Positions 53,019 to 64,000 of a stretch of 64,000 nucleotides of DNA are shown one piece after another. The notes beneath the pieces are model-generated. The model did not search any database. It saw nothing but the letters and a program-made list of their open reading frames with translations, and was not told the DNA's origin. The stretch spans positions 1,240,001 through 1,304,000 of the forward strand of contig JAQOWU010000003.1 in assembly GCA_030867685.1 (NCBI GenBank), read 5' to 3'. The first letter of the stretch is position 1; each line of letters opens with the position of its first letter. Origin of the DNA: Wickerhamiella versatilis. Taxonomy: Eukaryota. The translations under genes were made by a program, and so were the position numbers.

Positions 53019-54185
53019 ATGTCGGCTCCAATAGTGCTGGATCAGGGTACTGGTTTCGTAAAGATTGGGCGTGCTGGTACGAACTTTCCGGACTACACAT
53101 TCCCATCGATCGTGGGACGTCCAATCCTCCGGGCAGAGGAACGCACCGATGGTCTTATGCTTAAGGACATCATGTGCGGTGAAGAGGCGTCCGCAGTTCG
53201 GTCCGCATTGCAAGTAACCTATCCCATGGATAATGGTATTGTCCGTAATTGGGAGGATATGGAGCATCTGTGGGACTACTGCTTCCACGATAAGATGAAG
53301 ATCACTGACCCCACTGACCAGAAGATCCTTCTAACAGAAGCCCCGCTGAATCCCGTGAAGAATCGCGAACGCATGGTGGAGAAAATGTTCGAAAAGTACA
53401 ACTTTGGTTACACCTATGTTGCTATTCAGGCAGTATTGGCACTATATGCCCAAGGGTTGTCGAGCGGCGTTGTTGTCGATAGCGGTGACGGTGTTACGCA
53501 CATTGTGCCAGTTTATGAATCTACCGTCTTAAACCATCTCACCAAGCGAATTAATATTGCTGGTCGTGACATCACGCGTCAGTTGATCAATCTGCTCACT
53601 GGGCGCGGCTACGCCTTCAATAGGACCGCTGATTTTGAAACAGTCCGCCAGGTCAAAGAAAAATTCTGCTACGTTAGTTATGATTTAGACTTTGACCGAA
53701 AACTTGCCAATGAGACCACCACCCTCATGGAGCACTATGAGCTTCCAGACGGGCGTAAAATTAACATCGGCCCAGAGCGCTTCTGGGCACCAGAGTGCCT
53801 ATTCCAGCCCTACCTGGTTGATTCCGAGGCTCCAGGTTTAGCAGAGGCTGTGGTTCAGACAATTCATGGTGCAGACATGGACATTAGGTCTTCGCTTTAC
53901 AGTGCAATTGTTCTTAGCGGAGGCACCTCAATGTACCCTGGATTGCCCTCACGACTTGAGAAGGAAATAAAGCAGCTTTGGCTGACGACTGTGGGAAATA
54001 ATGATCCATCCCGCCTTCAAAGATTCAAACTGCGCATCGACGACCCCCCACGTCGTCGGCACATGGTATTCCTGGGTGGTGCAGTTCTTGCCAACGTCAT
54101 GGCGGATAAGGACCAGCTATGGATCTCAAAACAAGAATGGGACGAAGTTGGAGAGCGTTCCCTGGCAAAGCTGGGCCCTCGTTAG
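53019..54185 (+). CDS. ARP2: actin-related protein 2
   Basis: [10 protein letters not shown]-x-[20 protein letters not shown] and [12 protein letters not shown]. Confidence 0.98.
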   Translation: MSAPIVLDQGTGFVKIGRAGTNFPDYTFPSIVGRPILRAEERTDGLMLKDIMCGEEASAVRSALQVTYPMDNGIVRNWEDMEHLWDYCFHDKMKITDPTDQKILLTEAPLNPVKNRERMVEKMFEKYNFGYTYVAIQAVLALYAQGLSSGVVVDSGDGVTHIVPVYESTVLNHLTKRINIAGRDITRQLINLLTGRGYAFNRTADFETVRQVKEKFCYVSYDLDFDRKLANETTTLMEHYELPDGRKINIGPERFWAPECLFQPYLVDSEAPGLAEAVVQTIHGADMDIRSSLYSAIVLSGGTSMYPGLPSRLEKEIKQLWLTTVGNNDPSRLQRFKLRIDDPPRRRHMVFLGGAVLANVMADKDQLWISKQEWDEVGERSLAKLGPR

Positions 54186-54415
54186 GCCTGCTTGGTTAGG
54201 GCATCGTTAGAGAATTGGTGATGTAGCAGACCATTAAAACTAAATTGGAAGATATTACGGACCTCCTATAAAGTAAAGTCTATGAAAAGCGTGAATTTAC
54301 ATAACTTATGCGAAATGGGTGGTGATGGCGGTGGCGGCAGTACTACCAGAAGCTCAAATGCACAGCATAAGCCTGACCGAAATGTATATAAATAAACTGG
54401 CATTGACGCACCAAA

Positions 54416-55588
54416 TTACATGCCAAGATTTCTTTCCCTTTTCGAATCCGTACGAGTATAAATATGTACATGTCGCAGCTTCTCCAGCCGTCGCAAGGAT
54501 CTAATTACGGTCCACAACGATGAAACTGCGACAACGGATGTCACTGCAAAAAACCCCCAGTTAGTTTCCTCTATGGGATTTTGTAGGTTCATTCCAAATA
54601 GGGCCGCGACCGCGGACCCAAAACTCAGTCCAAGCATACCAATTTGGAATCGAAGCTCCAGGACCATGAGTTCATTACGATTTGAGTCCTGCAAAATATT
54701 TATGATCTCCTCAGTACTCTGGATATTACTTCCAAGATTCATAGCGGCCTGAACTATTTCGTCGCAATGACCGTAGTAGGACTCGAGCATTACTTCAACT
54801 TCACTGAGGTCGTCGTCCTCAGTTAGGGGGCGACCCTGCGCTTTCGAGGTGAGATACAGTCCGCACAAATCTTTATCGTTGTCAACCAATTCCTGCAATG
54901 CATCCCTAATGAGCGATGACTTTTGAATAAATGCCGATAACTGTTTAGACTGGACAAGTAAGCTTCTCAGCTTGTCTCGAGCCAACGATTTTTCAAGCCC
55001 CGCCAAGATATCTCCGACCATGACCTCATGCACATTAAGTTCAGAATCAAGAGCAGTTACCACTGAAACTAATATGGCCTCAAGCGCTCGGATTTCATAG
55101 GGTAACCCGCTCGACGACGTTTGTCTCAATCTGTGCTCAATATCATATAAAAACAGAGAGTGCAGCTTTGGGTCGACCGCTGGGGCAGTATTTTCAAAGA
55201 GAAGTACCAGGTTTGACTTAATTAGCGCACGAATGTGCAACAAATTCACCAGAATGGACTTATCCCGCACCAATATCGTGGGCACAATATTATGAGTTGA
55301 AACATCGAGCTTACGCAAATCTCGCGGCAAAAGCCCGTGCTGAAGAAGGAGGTCACTGCGTCTAAAATCACCCCCTCCAATTTTGACCCGACCATGTTCG
55401 TCAATAAGGGTACACTTGAGAACATTGGATGTGCTACGATTCAGAGTGCGCCCTAGAATCATATTGGTTTGTGCATCGACTTTAGGAGCAATAGGCCCTG
55501 GAGGCGATAAACGCTTCTGCGGCCCTTTTTGAAGCGATTTAGGGCTGAGCTTGCGCAGAATGCTCTGCCATGAGAGCCTATTCTTCAT
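54416..55588 (-). CDS. MRS2: mitochondrial Mg2+ channel, Mrs2/Lpe10 family
   Basis: LLPRDLRKLD, LPYEIRALEAIL, GMN motif and two C-terminal TMs. Start uncertain (first ATG 55588; TTG at 55675). Confidence 0.85.
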   Translation of the reverse strand: MKNRLSWQSILRKLSPKSLQKGPQKRLSPPGPIAPKVDAQTNMILGRTLNRSTSNVLKCTLIDEHGRVKIGGGDFRRSDLLLQHGLLPRDLRKLDVSTHNIVPTILVRDKSILVNLLHIRALIKSNLVLLFENTAPAVDPKLHSLFLYDIEHRLRQTSSSGLPYEIRALEAILVSVVTALDSELNVHEVMVGDILAGLEKSLARDKLRSLLVQSKQLSAFIQKSSLIRDALQELVDNDKDLCGLYLTSKAQGRPLTEDDDLSEVEVMLESYYGHCDEIVQAAMNLGSNIQSTEEIINILQDSNRNELMVLELRFQIGMLGLSFGSAVAALFGMNLQNPIEETNWGFFAVTSVVAVSSLWTVIRSLRRLEKLRHVHIYTRTDSKRERNLGM

Positions 55589-56224
55589 CGATGCGTAGTA
55601 ATCCCAGGACTTCTGCGTAATGAGAGACTTTCGTAGACTAAGCTTAGCTTGGGTGAACGAGTAATGGTAGACCAATTGGAAAAGCTGCTAAGAGAAAATC
55701 AGCTTTAGGGTGATGTGGCGGGTAATTACTGGACTTCACTTTGCCTATCACAGAAGAACCCAGAGGAGGGGGAAGGCCAAGGTGCATTACGACACTTCCG
55801 AGCACAAAAAGCTGCTAGAAACTACCATTACTGATACATATATTATAGCATATTAATAAAATTCATATTATGGACGAGGAGGTAGGGGAAATAGTTATTC
55901 CGCGTAGTTGGATGGTGACGTCATCCCTGCTACGCGTGGCCCTGTGGCTGCCATTGCTTTCATTCGATCCACGATTGACCATTACACAGACCACTATCAG
56001 TCAAAAAATAAATTCATTAAACCACTGGGATACTTAATTAGCCATTAAATCGATACAAATTGCCAATTGAACGGCTCTTTCAATACACCCATGCCTTACG
56101 ATCTGTCACCCCACCCGCTTAAATTAGTCATCGTGGTTTTTCTGCCTTTCAATCATAACAACACAAAAAAAAACGGTTGCTAAGAGCAACGTTTATATAA
56201 AAACCTAGTGACTCTACGCCTCCA

Positions 56225-57571
56225 ATGTCGCGACCACTGCGGCCCAGCGATTTTGAACTTTTGGAGAAGCTGGGAACTGGATCATTTGGTACTGTTTACA
56301 AGGCAAAACAGTTGATCACGGGTCAAACATGTGCTATAAAAAAGATCGACATGGAAAGCACTGACGATGATATAGACGAAATTCAGCGTGAGATTGCAAT
56401 CCTTGCCGAGTGCAATAATGATGGAGTCACCCGATATTATGGGTGCTTTGTCGTGGGGTATGAATTGTGGATCATAATGGAGTATTTGGGGGGTGGCTCC
56501 TGCCTTGATATCATGAAAGCTATTGGCACACTTCCTGAGCCTGTCATTGCTGAAGTCTGTAAGGCTTTGTTACAAGGATTGGGGTACCTGCATGGTAGTG
56601 GAAAAATCCATAGGGATATAAAAGCTGCCAATGTGCTGGTTGGCGTGGAGGGTGATGTGAAGATAGCTGATTTTGGAGTGGCAGCGCAGCTTTCTACAAC
56701 CCTGTCCCGGCGGAACACCTTTGTGGGTACCCCCTTCTGGATGGCGCCGGAGGTTATTGACCAGCGAGCATACAGTTTTCCTGCAGACATATGGAGTCTT
56801 GGCATAACCATCATTGAAATGGCAAAAGGAGCACCACCCTTAGCGCATATACATCCCATGAAAGCCATATTCAATATTCCCCGCGCAGGTCCTCCACGGT
56901 TAGACTCCAGCTTTTCGCCAGAATTACGTGACTTCGTAAGTCAATGCCTCCAAAAGAATCCAGAACAGCGCTCCACTGTTGCTGAGTTGAAATCTCACCC
57001 TTTCCTTCATAAAGCATCCCGGGAGGCTCTCGTGGGACTAGTGAGGCAACGATTAAGATCGGTGAGTCCAGAGTGCCCCACCGTCCGTAGCTTAAGCGCG
57101 GATGAAAGCTCAACTAGCCTGGAAACTGCCGCTGATGATGATGATGATGACTGGGATTTTGATACCGTTAAGCCACAGCCTTCGCTCGAAGAGCTCTTGC
57201 AGCACCCGCCGGGAATTACAGAAGTATCTTCGGCAGAAACTGTGCCTGCACAACGCGAGCAAACCCTGGTGTCATCCACGGTGAATTCTATGAGTATGAA
57301 GCCTACGGAATATAGTATTGCATCCATCTTCGAACGGGCTGCTCGGAGATTCCACGACCCTGTGTTGTCTGAAGTTTCCTCTCTCCTTACCACGGACCCC
57401 CTTACTTTCGAGGTCGAAAACTACCTCATTTCTCGAATTTCGCATATTGCTGATAGCACCCACACCCAGGTACCTCCTGTGAAGAAGGCTCTTATGACAC
57501 CTGATTTCGATTCTGTGGAGGAAACCCTTTTTGACCGCTGGCTTGCGGAAGTAGACTACTCATCCAAATAG
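56225..57571 (+). CDS. STE20/GCK-family Ser/Thr kinase (Sps1/Sid1-like)
   Basis: GTGSFG, HRDIKAANVL, ADFGVAAQL and RNTFVGTPFWMAPEV, with DWDFDTVK after the kinase domain. Confidence 0.9.
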   Translation: MSRPLRPSDFELLEKLGTGSFGTVYKAKQLITGQTCAIKKIDMESTDDDIDEIQREIAILAECNNDGVTRYYGCFVVGYELWIIMEYLGGGSCLDIMKAIGTLPEPVIAEVCKALLQGLGYLHGSGKIHRDIKAANVLVGVEGDVKIADFGVAAQLSTTLSRRNTFVGTPFWMAPEVIDQRAYSFPADIWSLGITIIEMAKGAPPLAHIHPMKAIFNIPRAGPPRLDSSFSPELRDFVSQCLQKNPEQRSTVAELKSHPFLHKASREALVGLVRQRLRSVSPECPTVRSLSADESSTSLETAADDDDDDWDFDTVKPQPSLEELLQHPPGITEVSSAETVPAQREQTLVSSTVNSMSMKPTEYSIASIFERAARRFHDPVLSEVSSLLTTDPLTFEVENYLISRISHIADSTHTQVPPVKKALMTPDFDSVEETLFDRWLAEVDYSSK

Positions 57572-57839
57572 TTGCATAAAATTTTTTACTTATATTGTTT
57601 TGATTTTTTATATAGTCAAGAGGAATCGTGCATTGTTTAACCATTCTCCAGTTTCGGTTTCAACTCGCATATCATTTCTCATAATACACAAAGACAAAAA
57701 AGAAAGAATAAAGGAGCAAAAAGCATCCATGGGATTATAGTCCACTATATATCACACACATAAGTTGCCTATGTCTTTCATGGGGTTACATTATTGCAAT
57801 CAAAAAAACACGAATCTCTAGCCTATAATTTCACACCAT

Positions 57840-58574
57840 CTAGTCCTGCTCTGCGATGGCAACAAGACGCTCCTCTATTTCGTCGACAGAGAGCTTCCTG
57901 AACAGCGAGTCGGGCCCCACAATGCCAACCTCCAAGTCATTTTTGCGGAAGTCGACCGCAACAACCTCGCTGAGGGCGTTGATACCAAGCTCAACCGCCC
58001 CTTTCCAATCACCATTAAAGTGGGTCTTGTTCTTCAGTTTCTTTTCTAGCCAAACCATAGCCTCTTGTTGCTTAGGACCGGCAGAGGTTGCCTTATATCC
58101 GGCATAGTATCCCGCGGGGTCGCATTTGAAAACTTGGGAGCCGAACTCATCATCAACCCCAATTAGGGTCATTGCTACACCTAGAGGCCTCATGTACGCG
58201 CGCTGCGTGTACACCTGGTTAATGTTGGCGATTCTCTTTGCAAGTGCATCGCATGGCATGTCATAGCCATGCTTGTGGCGAAACTCCAGGGCTTCACCAC
58301 GAGCACGGCTCACAAGGGCTCTTGAGTCACCAATAGGGCCTGTCATGACACAACCTAGTCGCTTTGAGAGCGGGAAAATGTATGTGACAGTGTCTGAGTC
58401 GACCAGCCTGTCACTGACCTTCTTTTGTGCCACAATGACAGAGCAGTCCTTCCCTCTTATTGCCACACTGGTGAGATTGGTGGACTTTATAGCTTTAAAT
58501 GCATACTCCACTTGGTACAGGCGTCCCTCAGGGGAGAAGACTGTAATGTGGCGGTCGAACCCAGCAGCGCTCAT
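57840..58574 (-). CDS. SCL1: 20S proteasome alpha1 subunit
   Basis: AGFDRHITVFSPEGRLYQVEYAFKA and QVYTQRAYMRPLGV. Confidence 0.98.
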   Translation of the reverse strand: MSAAGFDRHITVFSPEGRLYQVEYAFKAIKSTNLTSVAIRGKDCSVIVAQKKVSDRLVDSDTVTYIFPLSKRLGCVMTGPIGDSRALVSRARGEALEFRHKHGYDMPCDALAKRIANINQVYTQRAYMRPLGVAMTLIGVDDEFGSQVFKCDPAGYYAGYKATSAGPKQQEAMVWLEKKLKNKTHFNGDWKGAVELGINALSEVVAVDFRKNDLEVGIVGPDSLFRKLSVDEIEERLVAIAEQD

Positions 58575-58603
58575 AGCGTTAACTAAGCAATCGCCAGAGG
58601 CGG

Positions 58604-59941
58604 ATGCCTACATATGATGAGAAGACGACACGTCTTCGACCAGGATTCCAGGACTTTGTTACATCCTGGCATCCTCGTGTATCATATCATTTCAATGAGG
58701 AGGCAGCCCCATACCATTTTGGAGCAAGCCATCCGATGAAGCCATTTCGTCTCATGCTAACTGACCACTTAGTTCTGAGCTATAACCTACAAAACCGCAT
58801 GGATTGGTATAGACCAAGAGCAGCCACAGAGGATGAAATTCTGGAGTTCCATGCTGAGGAATACGTGGACTTCCTAAAGCACGTCACCCCGAGGACCCTC
58901 TCAGATTTCTCAGACGTTGCAAAATTCAATATTGGCGAAGACTGCCCAATTTTCGATGGATTATTTCGCTATGCATCTATCTGTGCTGGCGCAAGCCTAG
59001 ATGCTGCGAGAAAGCTGATAAGCGGACAATCGGATATAGCTATAAATTGGTCGGGAGGGCTGCACCACGCTAAGAAATTCGAGGCCTCTGGATTTTGCTA
59101 TGTTAATGACATCGTCTTGGGTATTCTTCAGCTCCTTCGGTATCATCCGCGTGTTCTTTATATTGATATTGATGTGCATCATGGTGATGGCGTCCAGGAA
59201 GCATTCTATCTTACCGATCGCGTAATGACATTGAGCTTTCACAAATACGATGGCATTTTCTTCCCTGGGACGGGGTCTGTGGATGAGGTTGGTGCCCTAG
59301 ATGGTAAACGCTTTGCCCTCAATGTGCCTCTTAGGGATGGAATTGATGATGAGTCCTACACCAGGCTGTTTAAATCTGTCGTGGACCAAACCATAACAAA
59401 ATTTCGCCCTACTGCAATTGTGCTTCAGTGCGGTGCAGACTCCTTAGGTTGTGATCGTCTTGGAAGCTTCAACCTAACGGTGAAAGCACACGGCGAATGC
59501 GTCCGCTACGTTAAGACATTTGCGATACCAACAATGGTTGTTGGTGGCGGGGGCTATACGCCTCGTAATGTGAGTCGTGCTTGGGCATATGAGACAGCTA
59601 TATGTGTCGATGCTGATGTGTCCCCACACTTACCCGAAACACTGCCGTTTTATAGCCAGTATGCGCCGGATCACTCATTATTTCCAAAACTCTCTGGCCA
59701 CATCGAAAACAAGAACACTCGAGCGTACCTGGAGAATGTGCATGCTCGTGTTTTGGAAGATTTGCGTTATTTGAATGGTGCTCCATCTGTCCAGATGCAA
59801 GTCATCCCGCCAGACCTGGGGGGTCATAATGAGAACACTGACCAGGAAATGAAGGATGCTCACGACGATAATAATGCCGATGTACGTGATAAGGAGCAGG
59901 ATACGCGTGATGAAAATCGTCGCCGTGAGGTGCCTGTGTAA
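58604..59941 (+). CDS. HOS2: class I histone deacetylase Hos2
   Basis: RVSYHFN...[32 protein letters not shown] and [10 protein letters not shown]. Confidence 0.95.
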   Translation: MPTYDEKTTRLRPGFQDFVTSWHPRVSYHFNEEAAPYHFGASHPMKPFRLMLTDHLVLSYNLQNRMDWYRPRAATEDEILEFHAEEYVDFLKHVTPRTLSDFSDVAKFNIGEDCPIFDGLFRYASICAGASLDAARKLISGQSDIAINWSGGLHHAKKFEASGFCYVNDIVLGILQLLRYHPRVLYIDIDVHHGDGVQEAFYLTDRVMTLSFHKYDGIFFPGTGSVDEVGALDGKRFALNVPLRDGIDDESYTRLFKSVVDQTITKFRPTAIVLQCGADSLGCDRLGSFNLTVKAHGECVRYVKTFAIPTMVVGGGGYTPRNVSRAWAYETAICVDADVSPHLPETLPFYSQYAPDHSLFPKLSGHIENKNTRAYLENVHARVLEDLRYLNGAPSVQMQVIPPDLGGHNENTDQEMKDAHDDNNADVRDKEQDTRDENRRREVPV

Positions 59942-60063
59942 TTTTTTTCTCTTTTAAGTTATGAACGAATTTTATTTCACTTTAATTCTCTTCGAAAGCA
60001 GCTAAGCAGTTTATGTAAAGTATATATGTGTATGTATATATATATATTATAATGGAATTGATA

Positions 60064-61080
60064 TTAAACCCCACTTCCAGACAACATAATTTTTTCCAGC
60101 AAGGACTCAGGCGTCGCGTATTCACTATACCCCGCGGATCCACGCGCTATCTTGGACTTCCTTTCCTCCAGCCGCTTTAATATTTTTCTTTTTTTTTCCG
60201 CCTTTTTCTCTCTAATTTCTTTCTGTCGATCTTCGTCCGTGTTCATATTGGTCGCATCTGGGACAGAATCCTCTTTGCTTTGGCCTTGCTTCTTTTTCAT
60301 TATTTTCTTCTGCGTCTCAGCTTCGCGCATCATACCTATCTCGTCAATTCTATTATCCAGGCTAAATTCTTTGCGTACAACTTCATCGCACAAGTTTATG
60401 AGTAGGCACAAAGTAGCATACGCATCGTTACCAGCATTGTGAAAGAGACTGGCGTCAACGTCGAAGTCTGAGCAAGCATTTCCAAGCGAAGCACTATTAC
60501 CCTCCAATGACATTTCTTTTAACATTTCCTCAGTATCCAGCGTTGGAACTGAGGGATTAAGTTTGAGCCCGTTTGCGTCCAGCATCAAGAAATCTGAGAT
60601 AAGGCCATGGCCTACATAGTAAAAAGGTCTCTTACTAGCAATGCACTGTTCTATGAATTTCTCAAGAAAGCTCCAGCATTGCTTCAAGGGCAACCGATAC
60701 GTGGTTCCGTGCGCAAAATAATCGCGGTTATCTGGAACATACTTACCGTTGCGTTTATCATAATTTTCATCGGGAAGAAGATGGAAGCACCGTATTCGAG
60801 GCATAAAATGTGGCTTTTCTGGAGAACTATCGAGGAAAGCAAGTCCAATCTCGGTGACAGCACCGTGGTCGGACTCATGCCATTCAAGGTCGAGACTAAG
60901 CCACATGAAGTCTCTTGTGGCCAAACAATTTTTGCCCACTTCCAACATTTCTGCGCGGCTGAGTACCACTGTGTAATCCTTTTTAGAAACGGACTGCTTA
61001 GGTTTCTTACCCTGTCGTCCTCTTACCCTATTAGCAGCAAATCGCGCACTTTCATCCTTTGGAGCTTCATTAGTGGACAT
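60064..61080 (-). CDS. GFD2: DEDDh exonuclease-like protein, Gfd2/YDR514C family
   Basis: SLDLEW-x-E...VTEIG, NGKYVPDNR, VGHG-x3-D, LDT and HNAGNDA. Confidence 0.8.
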   Translation of the reverse strand: MSTNEAPKDESARFAANRVRGRQGKKPKQSVSKKDYTVVLSRAEMLEVGKNCLATRDFMWLSLDLEWHESDHGAVTEIGLAFLDSSPEKPHFMPRIRCFHLLPDENYDKRNGKYVPDNRDYFAHGTTYRLPLKQCWSFLEKFIEQCIASKRPFYYVGHGLISDFLMLDANGLKLNPSVPTLDTEEMLKEMSLEGNSASLGNACSDFDVDASLFHNAGNDAYATLCLLINLCDEVVRKEFSLDNRIDEIGMMREAETQKKIMKKKQGQSKEDSVPDATNMNTDEDRQKEIREKKAEKKRKILKRLEERKSKIARGSAGYSEYATPESLLEKIMLSGSGV

Positions 61081-61265
61081 ACTAAGCCCTCAATATGTAT
61101 TTAAACGAGTGACTGCGTGTTTGGTCGGAGTGTATCAGTCGCGTGACACGTGAAGACGGTCTTTTTCTCAGACTGCTTATCAACCAAGATGCTATACCGA
61201 GATGGTATCGCACTTGTTATTAGTATAACGGGTAGTAAACGAAGTAGATTTTTTTAATTGCTGGC

Positions 61266-61637
61266 ATGCAGCTGCTACTGGGGCATCCTCGCGACTCGAC
61301 GCCCGTTTTACAACTGGCGCTGGGCAGGCCCCGCCAAAATTTCGATGATCATAGCCAGAGGCGGAGGGCTCACCGTAGGCGCTGGATACTCACACTGCTC
61401 ACGCTCATGCTAACAATAATTTTACTCGTACTGTGGAGCATAGTTAAAGGCCTGGATTTTGATGAAGATACCGAGCCGGAACCTTTTTTTAATGCCGAAA
61501 TAGCACTGCTCCCTGCTTTCGTGGAAGACTTCGATCCTGCAATGAGCCTGGACCACCCATCACCATGCGCACAAATCAGCTCATATGTTTTAGGTGCCGC
61601 TTGGGTGCTTCTAAGCTGTAAATTTCTAATATCTTAA
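61266..61637 (+). CDS. small membrane protein of unknown function
   Basis: Basic patch followed by a TM helix (RRRWILTLLTLMLTIILLVLW), an acidic loop and a hydrophobic C-terminus. Confidence 0.5.
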   Translation: MQLLLGHPRDSTPVLQLALGRPRQNFDDHSQRRRAHRRRWILTLLTLMLTIILLVLWSIVKGLDFDEDTEPEPFFNAEIALLPAFVEDFDPAMSLDHPSPCAQISSYVLGAAWVLLSCKFLIS

Positions 61638-61712
61638 GCATCTTGAACCTATAAGAACGTAGATTTAGAGTCGTCTTACAAACACCTAACCCGAGAAGTT
61701 TATGCGGGGAAG

Positions 61713-63728
61713 ATGCCAGTGAATCCCTCAACCATGTCCACAGAGACGCTGTTAGCTTCAGCTACATTCTTTCGTCATGCAACAGAGGATCCAACAACAA
61801 AGGAAAGATATCTAACCGTCAAGGACTTTGTTGACGCCGTTGCACCGCCAGGTGAGGATTACCACAAGATAGGACGGAACTCATACGCCGTTCTATTTGG
61901 CGTGGCAGATCGCTCGGGAAGAGGTCGAGTCACTTTACATGACTGGCTAGCTTTCGACAGCCTCCTCGAACAGCCAGATGCTGAATATCTAATTGCGTTC
62001 CGCGTTTTTGACCCCCAGGGAACCGGGGTTATAAACTTCAAAGAGTTTGCAAAAACATATGCAACGCATGCTTCTTGCAAAATCCCGGTTAACTGGAACT
62101 CTGAATGGGCCAATCTATATCTTGGCGAATCAAAGAAGCGTCATGCCCTGAGTTACCAGCAGTTTACACAAATGTTATGCGGACTGGCTGGAGAGCGTGG
62201 GCGCCAAGCTTTCGAATATTACGACCGGGGAAAAACCGGTTTCATCCATCCGGATGAATTTGAGGAGATGGTTAAGTTGATAGCATCTCATAAATTAAGT
62301 GACCACTTACTTGAGACGCTACACACTGTTGTTGAACGGCCTACATCGGTGAGTTCTAAAGTTAGCTATGCTACAGCAAGGGCCTTTTTCAATTTGATTA
62401 ATCGAGTGGAGTTTGTGGAATATGTGGCGGAACGCGCTGCTGGACCAGACGGTCTTTTTACGCGCCAGCAGTTCATGAATGAGGCGGCTCGCCATTCAAA
62501 GTTCACGACATTGTCGCCTTTGGAACTTGATTTATTCTTTCATTTTGCAAATGCGAATAAAGACGAGAATACAGCTTCGCTAAACAATTTTCAGCGTATG
62601 TTCGATCCTCAGTGGCAGGATGAGCTTACGCGCCACAGGGCAAGTATTCAGAGAAAGGCAGCTGCTGCTAGAAACGCTGTATTTGATCCCAAGTCGTTTT
62701 TTAGTGAAGTGTTCGTCAACGTTTATAACTTTGCCCTGGGATCGATTGCTGGTGCCTTTGGCGCAGCAGTTGTCATGCCGATTGATATAGTCAAGACTCG
62801 GCTTCAAAACCAGCGGAAAGCTGGACCGGGCGCTCCTTTGATGTATAGTAATTCAATAGACTGCTTCCGCAAGATATTGAAAAATGAAGGGTTTCGTGGT
62901 CTCTATGCTGGCTTAGGTCCACAGTTGTTAGGGGTCGCCCCTGAAAAAGCTATAAAATTGACAGTGAATGATCTCGTGAGAGGCATATTCACTGACGGAA
63001 ACGGCAATGTACCTGTTCCTGCTGAGATATTCGCAGGAGGTTCAGCAGGTGCGTGCCAAGTAATATTTACAAACCCCCTGGAAATAGTGAAAATTCGTCT
63101 CCAAGTTCAAGGAGAATTGGCTCGCGCCGAAGGGATCAAGCGGCGCTCAGCAATCAGTATAGCTCGCGATCTTGGTCTATTTGGTCTGTATAAAGGTGCT
63201 AGTGCTTGTCTGCTCCGAGATGTCCCGTTTTCGGCTATATACTTTCCAACATATGCACATCTCAAGCGCGATTATTACAAAGAGGGAGAGAGGAAACTAA
63301 AGGCCTCTGAGCTTCTTATTTCTGGTGCCATTGCAGGTATTCCTGCAGCCTACCTCACCACTCCCTGTGATGTTATAAAAACCCGTCTCCAGGTCGAGAC
63401 TAGGAAGGGTGAAACCTCGTATACTGGTCTCAGGCATGCGGCTAAAGTGATTTGGCAGGAGGAAGGTTTCAAAGCATTCTTCAAAGGGGGACCTGCGCGG
63501 ATTTGCCGTTCTTCCCCACAATTTGGATGCACCTTGGCCGCATACGAGGTTCTCAAGCGTCTCCTCCCGTATCCTGGAACGAATAAAACTGAAGCAGGAC
63601 ATGCGGTGGCATCCACAGATTTCCGCAGAGACTCCCCTGTAAAATACCTACGCTCGCGTAACAGTCTCAGGGTTTTGCTAGACATTGATGAAAACTTCGG
63701 TAAACCTATGTCTGTTGCGACACGCTGA
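61713..63728 (+). CDS. AGC1: mitochondrial aspartate/glutamate carrier with EF hands (aralar/citrin type)
   Basis: N-terminal EF-hand region, PIDIVKTRLQNQR, GVAPEKAIKLTVND and RSSPQFG. Confidence 0.96.
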   Translation: MPVNPSTMSTETLLASATFFRHATEDPTTKERYLTVKDFVDAVAPPGEDYHKIGRNSYAVLFGVADRSGRGRVTLHDWLAFDSLLEQPDAEYLIAFRVFDPQGTGVINFKEFAKTYATHASCKIPVNWNSEWANLYLGESKKRHALSYQQFTQMLCGLAGERGRQAFEYYDRGKTGFIHPDEFEEMVKLIASHKLSDHLLETLHTVVERPTSVSSKVSYATARAFFNLINRVEFVEYVAERAAGPDGLFTRQQFMNEAARHSKFTTLSPLELDLFFHFANANKDENTASLNNFQRMFDPQWQDELTRHRASIQRKAAAARNAVFDPKSFFSEVFVNVYNFALGSIAGAFGAAVVMPIDIVKTRLQNQRKAGPGAPLMYSNSIDCFRKILKNEGFRGLYAGLGPQLLGVAPEKAIKLTVNDLVRGIFTDGNGNVPVPAEIFAGGSAGACQVIFTNPLEIVKIRLQVQGELARAEGIKRRSAISIARDLGLFGLYKGASACLLRDVPFSAIYFPTYAHLKRDYYKEGERKLKASELLISGAIAGIPAAYLTTPCDVIKTRLQVETRKGETSYTGLRHAAKVIWQEEGFKAFFKGGPARICRSSPQFGCTLAAYEVLKRLLPYPGTNKTEAGHAVASTDFRRDSPVKYLRSRNSLRVLLDIDENFGKPMSVATR

Positions 63729-64000
63729 AGCTGCTACATGCTCTAAAGAGTCACTTATGTTTTCAATTGCTATTTCTCTGGTAATTGTTGTATATATATA
63801 TAGAAGTAGGTATATCGTTAATTTTAGCGATTGTATGAGCAGCTCAATAGAAATTCATAGTGTTCTACTTTGTCTCGTGATAATTTTATTGCGCGCCCGT
63901 TCCTGGAATATTTATGACGGGAAAAGTGGCCATACAAATCCACTACAGCAAAGTCACATCATTCACATTGACTGGCACAAACCTGCGTTACGTAATATCC

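Noticed and set aside
55588-55830. Hidden upstream exon or non-AUG start for MRS2
   Set aside because: An in-frame stop lies just upstream of the TTG, no good donor/branch pair was found, and the ATG at 55588 gives a basic presequence-like N-terminus.

Overview
This is a eukaryotic window from a very compact, intron-poor ascomycete yeast. Gene content, short introns and a bacterial-type gene suggest an early-branching Saccharomycotina such as the Wickerhamiella/Starmerella group; that placement is inference. It holds about 45 protein-coding genes, mostly conserved housekeeping genes (PRE2, PRE9, SCL1, NPL4, RPL11, RPS6, RPS10, ARP2, ARP6, COQ5, HOS2, AGC1 and others), plus the mating/sporulation-type genes FIG1, STE3 and SPS1-like. 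Two items are not in the ORF track: a two-intron RLM1/MEF2 gene and a compact snR30/U17 H/ACA snoRNA on the minus strand. The main oddities are an intronless bacterial-family GH42 beta-galactosidase between PRE2 and YRB1 (horizontal transfer candidate), a strongly remodelled SMC1-like protein beside STE3, a miniature Slu7 lacking its zinc knuckle, a PKA regulatory subunit with no visible dimerisation domain, and several gene junctions of only 10-50 bp. No tRNA, rRNA, transposon or CRISPR array was recognised. All homology calls are from motif recognition by eye; no search was run.
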